A stretch of 64,000 bases of DNA from Gemmatimonas sp. GTDB taxonomy: Bacteria > Gemmatimonadota > Gemmatimonadetes > Gemmatimonadales > Gemmatimonadaceae. The stretch covers positions 2,752,001 to 2,816,000 of the forward strand of contig OZ257156.1 in the NCBI GenBank assembly GCA_965279375.1, in the 5' to 3' direction. The notes under the pieces were generated by a model, which was not told the origin of the DNA, did not search any database, and saw only the letters and a list, made by a program, of their open reading frames with translations. Positions 1 through 9,676 of the stretch are shown here, one piece after another. The first letter of the stretch is position 1. Every line of letters begins with the position of its first letter. A program made the position numbers and the translations under genes.

Positions 1-1487
1 GTGCGCTCCTTGCGCGGGGCACGCTCGCCACCGCGTTCGTCGATGCGCGCGCTCAGACGGCGGCCGCGCAACGTGGAATCGGAAAGCGCCGCCACAACCT
101 TCGCCGCGTCTTCTGCGGCGAGTTCGACGATGCTGTGCGACTCGAACAGCTCCACCGTTCCGATCCGTTCGCCGGGGATGCCGGCTTCGTTGGCAACCGC
201 GCCGACGATGTCACCGACGCGCACCATGTCGCGCTTGCCGACGGCGAGAAATACGCGCGCCTGACCGGGACTGCCGACGTTACCCGACACCACCGCCAGT
301 CCACCGCGCGACGGTGCGGCCGGCGCGACGCGCGCCGATGCGTTGGCGACCTTGGCGCGGAGCGTTACCGCGTCGCGGCGGGCGCCTTCAAACAGACGCA
401 GCGCGGCGGCCGCGATCTCGAGAGCATCGTGCGTGTCGAGGAGCGGCGCGAGCAGCGCCATCTCGCTCGCCGAGGCACCGCCGGCGTTGGCCAGCGTCGC
501 ACGCAATGCGGTGCGCAACGCGCGCGTGCGGCTTTCGGCGGCTTCTTTGCGGACCGGCGGCGTCCAGACTTCGGCGAGGCCGTTGGTCAGGCGACGGAAT
601 GCCGGCAACTCGTCGGGGAGGAGCAGCGCGACCGCGTCCACCGGACGCGTGGCGATCGCTTCGGCGAGCGCTTCGGCCGTCGCTGGCGTCTCCCACAGTA
701 CGACGAGCGAGACGTGCTGCGACGTCGGCTGCTTGACCACCTGCACCGCGTGTCCATCGACCGTGAGGCCAAGGCGCTCGAGCGACTGCTGGGCATCGCG
801 CATGCCGTGGTCCGTTGCGGCCACGACCACGAGCGACGGCGGGTCGGTGGCATCGAGCACAGCGCGCAGCGTGTCGGCGCGGCCGGCTGCGGTGGTGATG
901 GCGTAGCTCGGCGTCATTGCGAGCGGCGTGTCGCTGGCCAGCGAGAGCGAGAGACGGCGGGCGCGGCGGAGATACGCTTCGAGAAACGCCTCGGTTTCCG
1001 GCGTGTCTTCTTCGATGGTGACGACGCGCTGCAGTTCGTCCGGCGCATCGCCGAGCAGGGCGCGAATGGATTCTTCGCCGCCGTCGCGCAGGATGTCATC
1101 GAGGCCGATGACGATGGCAGCGCGGAGCGATTCGAGACTGAACGCGGATGCGCGGCGCAGCTCGAGGAGGTCGGAGGCGGTGCCGACGATCACGGCGACC
1201 GGGCCCGAGGCGATCACGCGCTTGGCGCGGGCCACGGCGCTGACGGGCACGACACGCAGGGTGTCGTTGGCCAGGAGCAGGCGGGCCTGCTCGGCGGCGC
1301 TGAGCGCCTGTTCGATGGAGGGGGTGACGACGATGCACGCTGGCGCGGTGCCGTCCTGTTCACGACTGCGCTCCAACCCCGAGCGCATGGCGGCGGACAT
1401 CGTCCGCACATCGGCTGGACCTTGCAGCACCACATGCTGGCTGCGCGTTGCCCCGGCCCCCGGGGTCTCCCGTTCTTGCTCGCCCAC
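1..1487 (-). CDS. DEAD-box helicase-derived protein with degenerate catalytic motifs and C-terminal DbpA-type RNA-binding domain (runs off left edge)
   Basis: Not in the ORF track because it has no stop in the window. Manual translation from GTG 1487 (GGAG SD upstream) gives IVVTPSIEQA, IVGTASDLLEL, IVIGLDDIL and RVFLAVGKRDMVRVGDIVGAVANEAGIPGERIGTVELFESHSIVEL (DbpA domain-like). Confidence 0.8.
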   Translation of the reverse strand, partial: MGEQERETPGAGATRSQHVVLQGPADVRTMSAAMRSGLERSREQDGTAPACIVVTPSIEQALSAAEQARLLLANDTLRVVPVSAVARAKRVIASGPVAVIVGTASDLLELRRASAFSLESLRAAIVIGLDDILRDGGEESIRALLGDAPDELQRVVTIEEDTPETEAFLEAYLRRARRLSLSLASDTPLAMTPSYAITTAAGRADTLRAVLDATDPPSLVVVAATDHGMRDAQQSLERLGLTVDGHAVQVVKQPTSQHVSLVVLWETPATAEALAEAIATRPVDAVALLLPDELPAFRRLTNGLAEVWTPPVRKEAAESRTRALRTALRATLANAGGASASEMALLAPLLDTHDALEIAAAALRLFEGARRDAVTLRAKVANASARVAPAAPSRGGLAVVSGNVGSPGQARVFLAVGKRDMVRVGDIVGAVANEAGIPGERIGTVELFESHSIVELAAEDAAKVVAALSDSTLRGRRLSARIDERGGERAPRKER

Positions 1488-1663
1488 GTCCCGCTCCCTT
1501 TCAATTGTCTGTCAGCCTGACCGCCCAACGGCCAGTTCTCTGTCGCACCAGTGCGGTGCGTGGCGCACGCCTTTCGGCGCCGCTTATGTTGCGGGTGCCC
1601 AACACCCGCTGAGACAACCTAGTCGAGCCGGGCGCCGATCTCTACCTCACACCGAACGTGACC

Positions 1664-2863
1664 ATGCCGCTCGTCTTCCAGCCGTCGGACAACATCGCCC
1701 GCATGAAGGAGTCCGCGACGCTTGCCGTCGCGGCCAAGGCACGGGCGCTCAAGGCCGCGGGGAAGCCGATCATCGATCTGGGCGCGGGCGAGCCGGACTT
1801 CGACACGCCGCTGTTCATTCGCGAGGCGGCGGTGAAGGCGCTGGCCGAGGGTGCGACGCGCTATACGGCCACGGAAGGAATCCTGCCGCTGCGTGAGGCC
1901 ATCGCCGCCGACGCCAACCGCTCGCTGCACGCCGGGATGCCGGTCACGGCCGCCGAAGTGGTGGTGAGCAACGGCTCCAAGCAGTCGCTCTACAACGCCT
2001 GCGTGTGCTGCTTTGGCCCCGGTGACGAAGTGCTGGTGCCGACGCCGGCGTGGACGAGCTACTACGAGATGATCGAACTGGCGCGCGCGGTCTCGGTGCC
2101 GGTGTTTGGCGACGAAGCGAACTCGCTCAAGGTGACCGTGGCGCAGCTCGAGGCGGCCGCCACGCCGCGTACGCGCGGACTCATGATCTGCTCGCCCAGC
2201 AATCCCACCGGTGCCGTTTACACGAAGGATGAACTGACGGCGATTCTCGAACTCGCCGCCGAACACAACTGGTGGGTGATCTCCGACGAGATCTACCTGC
2301 GTATTGCCTACGATGCACCGGCGCATTCGGCGCTGTCGCTCGCTCCCTCGCGCGACAACCTCATCGTGATCAACGGCGTCGCCAAGGCGTATGCGATGAC
2401 CGGCTGGCGTATTGGCTGGACGATCGCACCTGTGGCCGTGAGCAAGGCGATGACGGCGTTCCAGTCGCATGCGACGTCGAATGCGGCGGCGGTATCGCAG
2501 TACGCGGCGCTCGCCGCGATCTCGCGCCGCGAAGAGGCGGATGCGGCGGTCAATCACATGGTCAGCGAATTCCATCGCCGCCGTGATGCGGTGCTCGATG
2601 CACTCAAGGCATTCCCGACGGTGCGCTACGTGCATCCGGCGGGCGCGTTCTACCTGTACGTGAACGTCGAGGGCTTCGAGGGTGCCGCCGACCCGGGTGC
2701 CGCGTTTGCGGCAGCGGTGCTCGAGCGCGAGAACGTGGCCGTGGTGCCGGGCGGCGCGTTCCTCACGCCCAACTGGATTCGCATGAGCTACGCCACCACG
2801 CAGGAGATCGCCGTCGAAGGGATCACGCGCATCGCGCGCTGTCTCACCGGCACTCGCGCCTGA
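1664..2863 (+). CDS. PLP-dependent aminotransferase class I/II (aspartate aminotransferase-like)
   Basis: LGAGEPDF, SPSNPTGAVY, ISDEIY, NGVAKAYAMTGWRIG (PLP Lys). Start ATG 1664 or GTG 1658. Confidence 0.93.
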   Translation: MPLVFQPSDNIARMKESATLAVAAKARALKAAGKPIIDLGAGEPDFDTPLFIREAAVKALAEGATRYTATEGILPLREAIAADANRSLHAGMPVTAAEVVVSNGSKQSLYNACVCCFGPGDEVLVPTPAWTSYYEMIELARAVSVPVFGDEANSLKVTVAQLEAAATPRTRGLMICSPSNPTGAVYTKDELTAILELAAEHNWWVISDEIYLRIAYDAPAHSALSLAPSRDNLIVINGVAKAYAMTGWRIGWTIAPVAVSKAMTAFQSHATSNAAAVSQYAALAAISRREEADAAVNHMVSEFHRRRDAVLDALKAFPTVRYVHPAGAFYLYVNVEGFEGAADPGAAFAAAVLERENVAVVPGGAFLTPNWIRMSYATTQEIAVEGITRIARCLTGTRA

Positions 2864-2924
2864 CGATCGTTAGCGTCTTGTCTTACTTCCCCTCACTCGA
2901 TCGCACGCGCGACGAGGAGTATCG

Positions 2925-3203
2925 ATGATCACGACGATCGTTCTCGTCGAAGTGCATCCCAAGCACATTCCCGCCTGCGCGACGGCGCTGGCCAGCATTC
3001 CGGGCGTCGCCGAGGTCTACTCGGTGTCCGGGAAGTGGGACCTGGTGGTCATCCTGCGGGTGCGCGATCTCGAGAGCATCGCCACGGTGGTGACGCAGGA
3101 GTTCGCGCATGTGCCGGGCATCGAGCGGACGGAGACGCTCACGGCGTTCCGCGCCTACGGCAAGCACGACCTCGAGCAGGCGTGGGACATCGGCATCGAG
3201 TGA
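2925..3203 (+). CDS. Stand-alone Lrp/AsnC ligand-binding domain protein (no HTH)
   Basis: 92 aa; IPGVAEVYSVSGKWDLVV and PGIERTETL patterns; GAGGAG SD. Confidence 0.85.
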   Translation: MITTIVLVEVHPKHIPACATALASIPGVAEVYSVSGKWDLVVILRVRDLESIATVVTQEFAHVPGIERTETLTAFRAYGKHDLEQAWDIGIE

Positions 3204-3213
3204 GGCGGTCGCG

Positions 3214-4194
3214 CTAGCCTTGGCAGCGCGTCCGGTTGTAGCGCGTCGTTTCCAGCCACACCTCGCCGTCGTACTTGAGCACCATCGTCAGCAACGGTGC
3301 GACCTTGCCGCGCGCGCCAAAAAGAATCTCGGGGCGCCCGTCACCGTCCACGTCCACGTGATCCAGGTAGGCGAGACGCGGCGTGGTCTTGGCGTTGCCC
3401 ACCGTCGCGTAGATCCAGGTGGTCCGATAGCCGAACATGGCATAATCGAGCACCATCGCCACGTTACGCGGGCGCTGACCGTCCAGCAGCGTGGTGTCGG
3501 GCAGCACCTCGGGGTCTTCGTAGACCACCACCAGCGTGGGGTGCTTGCCGAGTCCGTTGTTGACCTGCCGGACGGTGCGTGTGTAGTGCGAGAGTGCGGA
3601 GATGGGAATGCCGGCGCGCGGCGTGACCAGCGTGGAGAGATTCGCCAGTGCCGCGGACATCTGCGCCTCGTTGAAGAACTGCAACGGGGCTATGGCCGGG
3701 CGGGCGCTGGTCGTCAGGATGCGCACGCCCTCCGGCAGCTTTGCCAGTCCGCTCGGCACAATCACCTGACAGTTGGGAATCGAGTCGAGCGGCGGGCCGG
3801 ACTCGCCCCACATGCCGCGCGTCATCGTCACCGGCGGCAGGCTGCGCCCGTCCTTGACGGGGACCAGCGTGTTGGGATTGTGGAGGGCGAGCAAATCCAA
3901 TGCCTTCCAACCGCGATCGCCGAGTCGCAGCGGCGTGAAGCCCTTCGGCCCGATCGTTGCGAGCGGTACGATCTCGGCCCCCTTGTCCGTATCGATCACC
4001 CGGTAGAGCACTTGCGGGTCGCTGAAAATCTTGGCGCTGTCTGACCGCCAAACCGGATCGAACTCCTCCGTCTCGCCCAGCATGCGCTTCAGGCGCTGCT
4101 TCACCTTTCCGCACGACGTCGCGAATGGCAGTACTGCGACGAGGAGCAACGTGAGGGCACGCGCCGGACGGGGGACGAGGACAGCGAAACGCAT
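3214..4194 (-). CDS. Hypothetical exported protein/lipoprotein with a DxDGDG (FG-GAP/Ca-binding-like) motif
   Basis: Likely start ATG 4194; hydrophobic signal ending FATSC; DVDGDGRPEILF near the C-terminus. Confidence 0.65.
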   Translation of the reverse strand: MRFAVLVPRPARALTLLLVAVLPFATSCGKVKQRLKRMLGETEEFDPVWRSDSAKIFSDPQVLYRVIDTDKGAEIVPLATIGPKGFTPLRLGDRGWKALDLLALHNPNTLVPVKDGRSLPPVTMTRGMWGESGPPLDSIPNCQVIVPSGLAKLPEGVRILTTSARPAIAPLQFFNEAQMSAALANLSTLVTPRAGIPISALSHYTRTVRQVNNGLGKHPTLVVVYEDPEVLPDTTLLDGQRPRNVAMVLDYAMFGYRTTWIYATVGNAKTTPRLAYLDHVDVDGDGRPEILFGARGKVAPLLTMVLKYDGEVWLETTRYNRTRCQG

Positions 4195-4330
4195 TGAGGG
4201 GAAATCGGATTGAGACGGTGAACAGGAAGTCGTATGGCGAAGTCTAGCGACCACCGAGCGATCGTGCGTCCGTCGAGCGTGACGTGACGGCGACACGTGA
4301 CCGAGAGAGCACGCATTGTGAGCACGACGT

Positions 4331-5428
4331 GTGGTCGCTACCCTCCCGTTCGTGTTAGACGAGCGAGACGGTCCATTGGGTCACGAACGCGCCGACGCGA
4401 GCGCCGATAGCGCGCTGGCGCTGCCAGCGGTCCTGCGCGCGCTGCGGCCGATCGTTGGCGACGGGGCGGTGATGGCCGCGGGGAGCGCGCCGGCCCTCGA
4501 GCGGCTGTCTGTCTCCGCCGATCCGCCCAGTGTCTCCCGCTGCGACCCGCTGGAGCGGGATGGCGCGCGGGCTGTCTCGATGCAAGCGCCGACTGCCGTG
4601 CGGGCGTTTCTGGACGGCATCCAGCGCAGCCGCCTGGTTGGGCATGTGGGCGGCGCGCCGCTTGTCTTTGGCACAGTCGCCGCGGTGGTGCGCCAGCGCG
4701 AGAATCGTCGGCTCGTCACATGGCAGACCCCGCGTATCCGGCGCGCACTCTTCGCCTCGCGCGTGCAGCTGGGAGAAGCGGTCTGGTCGCGGCTCCGCCA
4801 GACCGCCATTCCGCTCGTGGACGTGACGGAGTCGACACCCGAGGACGCGGTGTCCCCGCATCCGATGGCGATTCGGGCGCGGGCGCTCGAACTGGTGGCG
4901 CTCGAACGCGAACAGGCCGAACGACAGCTCGCGGCGGCATGGTGTGCGTCCGAGCGCGACTGGCTGTGGGTGGACGGCGGCATCGCCGGCAATCTGGCCA
5001 TCGACGAGAACGCGACCGCGTTTGGCGTGGTGAAGTCGCACAACACGCTCTACGGTGATACGGCATCGGTGCGCGCCGTGCTTGCCCTGCGCACGGGGGA
5101 ACGCTCGCCGGCCTTTCTCGCGGGACATCGACCGCGTCGCGCCGTCGCCAGCTGGTACGTCCGGTTGCGCGATGCCTCCAACGGCGATCCGTTACACGGA
5201 CTCGTACGCGTGGAAGTGGCTCCGCCGGTCGCGTTGCTCGACAGTGTCGAGGGTAGCATCGCACGCCAACGGGCACTCGAGGAATTCTCGGCGCACGTTG
5301 ATCAACTCTCGTCGTGGATTCTCGCGGAGCGCGCGCCGCTTGCACTCCCCGATCCCCGCTGGGACACGCTCACCTACGGCGTGTATGCCTGCGAGCAGTA
5401 CCTCAAGTCCATCATCGGTTCCTCGTGA
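4331..5428 (+). CDS. nurA: NurA-family nuclease
   Basis: FLDGIQRS, REQAERQL, WVDGGI, GVVKSH, ASWYVRLR, GLVRVEV and DPRW...CEQYLK fit bacterial NurA; directly upstream of a HerA. Start uncertain. Confidence 0.78.
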   Translation: MVATLPFVLDERDGPLGHERADASADSALALPAVLRALRPIVGDGAVMAAGSAPALERLSVSADPPSVSRCDPLERDGARAVSMQAPTAVRAFLDGIQRSRLVGHVGGAPLVFGTVAAVVRQRENRRLVTWQTPRIRRALFASRVQLGEAVWSRLRQTAIPLVDVTESTPEDAVSPHPMAIRARALELVALEREQAERQLAAAWCASERDWLWVDGGIAGNLAIDENATAFGVVKSHNTLYGDTASVRAVLALRTGERSPAFLAGHRPRRAVASWYVRLRDASNGDPLHGLVRVEVAPPVALLDSVEGSIARQRALEEFSAHVDQLSSWILAERAPLALPDPRWDTLTYGVYACEQYLKSIIGSS

Positions 5429-5461
5429 TGTTTTCAAGTTGTTCCTGACCAGCTGCCCGCC

Positions 5462-7453
5462 GTGAACACGCCCACACCACCAGACGTCACCAACGCCACG
5501 CGCCTTCCACTCGGCCGCGTCGTCGCGACCGAGCGCAAGCCGAACACGCCGCACGAGTTCCACTTCTGGACCGCGATCGATGCGCCGGTTGGCATCGGCA
5601 CGATCGTGTGCGTGGAGGGGCCAGTGCCGGTGGGCGCGGTGATTCCGCGCGTCTACGGCGTGGTGATGGAAGGCTTCAGCTACTCGGATCTGCAGTCGCC
5701 GCTGCACGACGTACTGGGACACGATGGGCAGCCGAGCGGAAGCGCGTTTGCCGCGACGGACCGAACGGAGATTCGGCTGTACACCGCGCAGGTCCTGCGG
5801 CATGTGCCTGAGGAACCGCTGCAGCCGGTTCCACTAGGCGCTGTGTATCTCGCGGATGATGCCGACGTGGCCGTGGCGCTGCGCATGGACAGCTACATCA
5901 CCAACGAGCCAACGACTGGCATCCCCATCGGAGTGTATCGCGCGGGCGGCATGCGCTCACCGATTTTCGTCGACGCGGATTTTCTCGTTGGGCCCGAGGC
6001 CGCGCATCTGAACATCTCCGGTGTGTCGGGGCTCGCCACGAAGACGAGCGCAATCGAGTGGATCCTGCAGAGCATCTTTGCGCACTTCCCCGCGCATCGT
6101 GGCACCGTTGCCGCACTCTGCTTCAACGTGAAGGGTCCGGACCTCTGCTTTCTCGACCAGCCGGGACAGCTGCAGGACGCCGATCGCGAGCTGTACGAAC
6201 TGCTCGACGTGCCCGCGATACCGTTTCAGGATGTGCAGTACTTCGCCCCGTACACGGCGCGTGGCCTCGCGCTCAACACGCTGCGCACGCACCCGGATCT
6301 CGTGGACAGCGTGTCGCCACTGACGTGGGGGCTGAACGAAGTGCTGCAGTTCGCGGAAGTGCTGCTCAACAAGGACGACGTGGACGCCAAGGCCGACGCC
6401 TTGATCGACTTCATTCGCGAACGTGTGGTCGGCAAGGACCTCGAAGAAGCGGGCTTCGCGCGTGTGCATCGCGTGCAGTCGTTCGCCGATCTCGACGCAT
6501 GGTTCCGCGAAGTGCTGCGCAAAGTGGAAGACTCCAACGGCGACACGTGGCGTACGCATCACGCGGCGACGATTCGCAAGGTCCGCAATCGCCTCAGCAA
6601 TCTCTCCACGCGCTGCGCCGGTCTCGTCACCGACGACGGCGTGGTGTCGGATCTGCCGTTCGGCGCGTTCACCGATCGTACGGTGTATGTGGTGGACGTC
6701 GCGAACGTCGAGGAGAGCGCGCAGGATCTCGTCTTCGCGCGCACCGTCTCCAAGCTGCGCGAACATCTCGAGCGACGAGATCTTGGCGTCGATCATGTGA
6801 TCGTCTTCGTGGATGAGCTCAACAAGTACGCGCCGGGCGACGGACCCGACACGTACGTGCGCAAGATGCTGCTCGACATCGCCGAACGCGGTCGGTATCT
6901 GGGGCTCGTCCTTTTTGGCGCACAGCAGTTCCGTTCGCAGGTGCATCGTCGCGTGGTGGGCAATGCGGGCACCACGCTCTATGGCCGCATGGACGGTGAC
7001 GAACTGGCGTCCCCCGGGTATCAGGTGCTGAGTCCTGCCGTGAAGGCACGACTCGCCACGCTCGAGAAGGGACAACTGATGGTGCGTCATCCGCATTTCG
7101 CGCAGCCGGTGTTCGTGCGATTCCCTCGTCCCGCTGTGATGAGTGGTCGCGAAGGTGTGGAGCGATTCCCGCAGGCACCTGAGCCATCTGTGGCACATGC
7201 GGTCACGCGGGACCTTCGGCGACTCGATGGTGGTATCGAACTGGGTTGGGTGCAGCAAACCATTCTGCTGTACGAAGAGAGCGAGGTGTTGGCCGCGCGG
7301 AACGCCGTCATGCGGCGACGTCCCGAGGACGTGAAGGCGACGTTCGCTCGTGAACTGCAGCGGCGTGCGAGACCAGGTGCGGTAGACGCGGAAGCCATCG
7401 CGCCCCGACCGAGGACGCTGCGCGCATTCTCCCCGGAGGAGTACGGTGGCTAG
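5462..7453 (+). CDS. herA: HerA-family ATPase/DNA translocase with N-terminal HAS-barrel-like domain
   Basis: Variant Walker A HLNISGVSGLATKTS, FNVKGPDL, Walker B VFVDELNKYAP, IAERGRYLGLVLFGAQQ. Confidence 0.85.
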   Translation: MNTPTPPDVTNATRLPLGRVVATERKPNTPHEFHFWTAIDAPVGIGTIVCVEGPVPVGAVIPRVYGVVMEGFSYSDLQSPLHDVLGHDGQPSGSAFAATDRTEIRLYTAQVLRHVPEEPLQPVPLGAVYLADDADVAVALRMDSYITNEPTTGIPIGVYRAGGMRSPIFVDADFLVGPEAAHLNISGVSGLATKTSAIEWILQSIFAHFPAHRGTVAALCFNVKGPDLCFLDQPGQLQDADRELYELLDVPAIPFQDVQYFAPYTARGLALNTLRTHPDLVDSVSPLTWGLNEVLQFAEVLLNKDDVDAKADALIDFIRERVVGKDLEEAGFARVHRVQSFADLDAWFREVLRKVEDSNGDTWRTHHAATIRKVRNRLSNLSTRCAGLVTDDGVVSDLPFGAFTDRTVYVVDVANVEESAQDLVFARTVSKLREHLERRDLGVDHVIVFVDELNKYAPGDGPDTYVRKMLLDIAERGRYLGLVLFGAQQFRSQVHRRVVGNAGTTLYGRMDGDELASPGYQVLSPAVKARLATLEKGQLMVRHPHFAQPVFVRFPRPAVMSGREGVERFPQAPEPSVAHAVTRDLRRLDGGIELGWVQQTILLYEESEVLAARNAVMRRRPEDVKATFARELQRRARPGAVDAEAIAPRPRTLRAFSPEEYGG

Positions 7454-7471
7454 GGGTCAGGTAGTCGAGCG

Positions 7472-8362
7472 GTGAATACAGCAGGCAAGCGGGCCCTCGT
7501 CCTCGCGGCGATGCTTGGCATGCAAGGCATGCCGGTGGCAGCGCTCGATGCCCAGAGTGCGCGTGGCGCCGAGTCGGTGCAGTTGGTCGTGCGTCCACAC
7601 GTTGGTGATACGCTCTGGCTGCTGATGGAGCAGAGCATCGAAGTGCGCGCGAGTGCCGCCGTGGCGGGCCCGAGGCGCACACGCCCGTTCGAGCGGCCAG
7701 CGCGGATGCAACTGTTTGCACATACCACGGTGGAATCGGGCGACCTTGCCGCGACCACGATGATCGCGACGACCGACTCGATGCTGCTCACCTCCGCAAC
7801 GAGTTCGGCGGTGAGTGCGCCGACGGGCGCATCCGCGAACGACGAACCGACTGCACGACGCATGTTCTCTGCGGCCGATGGTCGGCAACTGCGTGTGCGC
7901 GTCGCGCCGGACGGTGCCATGCGCATCAACGATCCGCCGCCGTCGGCGATCGACCTTGGTTCCACGCTGTCGGCGATGCCGGGCATGCTCCCCGATCGTC
8001 CCGTGCGCGTCGGCGATCAGTGGGACCGTGATATCCCGCTCCCTTCGGTCCCCATCAACGGTTTCCGCGCCGACGGCGTGCTACGCACCCGTTTCAGATT
8101 GGACTCGCTTACTCGGCGAGGCCGACAGGCGTGGATCTCAATGGAGGGCACGCTGCAGCGCAGCGGCGGTACTCGCGAACTTCCGGTGGGCACGCGTGCG
8201 GTCTCGGAAGGATCGGTGCGCGGCACGCTCGTCGTCGATCGCGATCGGGGGTGGATCGTGGATGCGCGCACCGTCATCGATGTGCAGGTGGAGCCGACGA
8301 TCGGTGCGGCCGGCGCCACGCCGTTCGATTTGCGGATTCTCCAGCGCGTCCGCGCGCGCTAG
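7472..8362 (+). CDS. Hypothetical secreted beta-rich protein (DUF6263-like)
   Basis: Signal-like N-terminus (LVLAAMLG...ALDAQ); LPDRPVRVGDQW motif; GTLVVDRDRGWI. Confidence 0.6.
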   Translation: MNTAGKRALVLAAMLGMQGMPVAALDAQSARGAESVQLVVRPHVGDTLWLLMEQSIEVRASAAVAGPRRTRPFERPARMQLFAHTTVESGDLAATTMIATTDSMLLTSATSSAVSAPTGASANDEPTARRMFSAADGRQLRVRVAPDGAMRINDPPPSAIDLGSTLSAMPGMLPDRPVRVGDQWDRDIPLPSVPINGFRADGVLRTRFRLDSLTRRGRQAWISMEGTLQRSGGTRELPVGTRAVSEGSVRGTLVVDRDRGWIVDARTVIDVQVEPTIGAAGATPFDLRILQRVRAR

Positions 8363-8436
8363 CACGCATCCCGCGCGACGAAGACGCGCGCTCCTCCGCG
8401 CTCCCGGGGGCATGGACGAGGGCGCTAGCTTGAGGG

Positions 8437-9639
8437 ATGCGACTCGTCCACCTCTCCGACCTGCACCTGGGCTTCCGGCAGTATCAGCGGCTGACGCCGG
8501 GTGGCATCAATCAGCGTGAGGCAGATGTGGGCGACACGTTCCAGCGTGCGATCAAGCAGATCGCCGAGCTGGCGCCCGACGTGATCGTTGTAGGCGGTGA
8601 CGTCTTTCACACGGTACGTCCCTCCAATCCGGCCATCCTGCGCGCGTTTCGCGTCTTCGCGGCGCTACGCGACCAGCTTCCCGACACGCCGGTCATCATG
8701 GTCGCCGGCAATCACGACGCCCCACGCACCACGGAAACCGGCTGTATCCTGCGTCTCTTCCGCGAGCTGGGTGTGTACGTGGCCGATGCCAAGGCCGAGC
8801 TGTTCACCTTTCCCTCGCGCTCGCTGGCCATCCTCGCTGTGCCCGACGTGCCGGGGATGGATCGGCCGCCGCTGCTCCCGCCCGAGGGGTTCGAGCACCG
8901 CGTGTTGCTGCTGCACGGCGAGGTCGCCGGCATGCTCCCCGCGCACGCCGCGCCCGCCGATCGTGCGGCCATCGAAATCCGCACCGAGGAGCTGCACGCC
9001 GAACAGTGGAGCTACATCGCACTGGGCCACTACCACGTCTATCGCGAAGTGGCGACGCGCGCGTACTACAGCGGGTCGCTCGACTACACGAGTTCCAACC
9101 CGTGGGGCGAGCTTCGAGAAGAGCGTGAGAATCGCGTCCCGGGCAAAGGGTTCATCGAGCACGATCTGCGCACGGGCGCGCATCGGTTTCATCCCGTTGC
9201 TCCATCTCGACCGCTGCTCGACCTCGAACCGATCGACGCCGACGGCATGGGCGCCGCAGAGGTGGATGCGGCACTCAGCGCGCGCATCGAGAGTGTCGCC
9301 GGCGGCATCGACGATCACGTGGTGCGAGCCGTGGTGCGCAACATTCCGCGCCACATCGTGCGCGATCTCGACCACGTCGCGCTGCGCGAGTATCGCAAGC
9401 GCGCGATGCACTTCCACCTCGACACGCGCCGCCCCGAACCCGTGCGCCGCAAAGGGGGCGGGGAAGGAGCACCGGGACGCAGGGCAACGCTACCGGAACT
9501 CGTTGCTGATCGACTGCAGGAGCGCGTGCTGCCACCAGAAGTCGATCGCGACACGCTGGTGACGCTGGGGCTCCGCTACTTGCAGCAAGCCGAGGAAGCC
9601 GCCGTGGCTGCGCTCCCCGTGACGGACGGCGTGCAATGA
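8437..9639 (+). CDS. sbcD: SbcD/Mre11-family metallophosphoesterase nuclease
   Basis: HLSDLHLG, GGDVFH, AGNHD, LLHG, YIALGHYH, YSGS. Confidence 0.92.
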   Translation: MRLVHLSDLHLGFRQYQRLTPGGINQREADVGDTFQRAIKQIAELAPDVIVVGGDVFHTVRPSNPAILRAFRVFAALRDQLPDTPVIMVAGNHDAPRTTETGCILRLFRELGVYVADAKAELFTFPSRSLAILAVPDVPGMDRPPLLPPEGFEHRVLLLHGEVAGMLPAHAAPADRAAIEIRTEELHAEQWSYIALGHYHVYREVATRAYYSGSLDYTSSNPWGELREERENRVPGKGFIEHDLRTGAHRFHPVAPSRPLLDLEPIDADGMGAAEVDAALSARIESVAGGIDDHVVRAVVRNIPRHIVRDLDHVALREYRKRAMHFHLDTRRPEPVRRKGGGEGAPGRRATLPELVADRLQERVLPPEVDRDTLVTLGLRYLQQAEEAAVAALPVTDGVQ

Positions 9640-9676
9640 GTCGCGCTCGTACCGGTGGGCTGCGTGCGAAGCGGGA

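Noticed and set aside
135..1520. 461-aa plus-strand ORF (and 928..1896)
   Set aside because: Shadow frames of the minus-strand DEAD-derived gene, which has the recognisable DbpA domain and an SD.
5462..7453. HerA as part of a Sir2-HerA or DUF4297-HerA anti-phage system
   Set aside because: The partner is NurA-like, the Walker A variant is of the repair-associated type, and the context is housekeeping with no mobile or defence genes.
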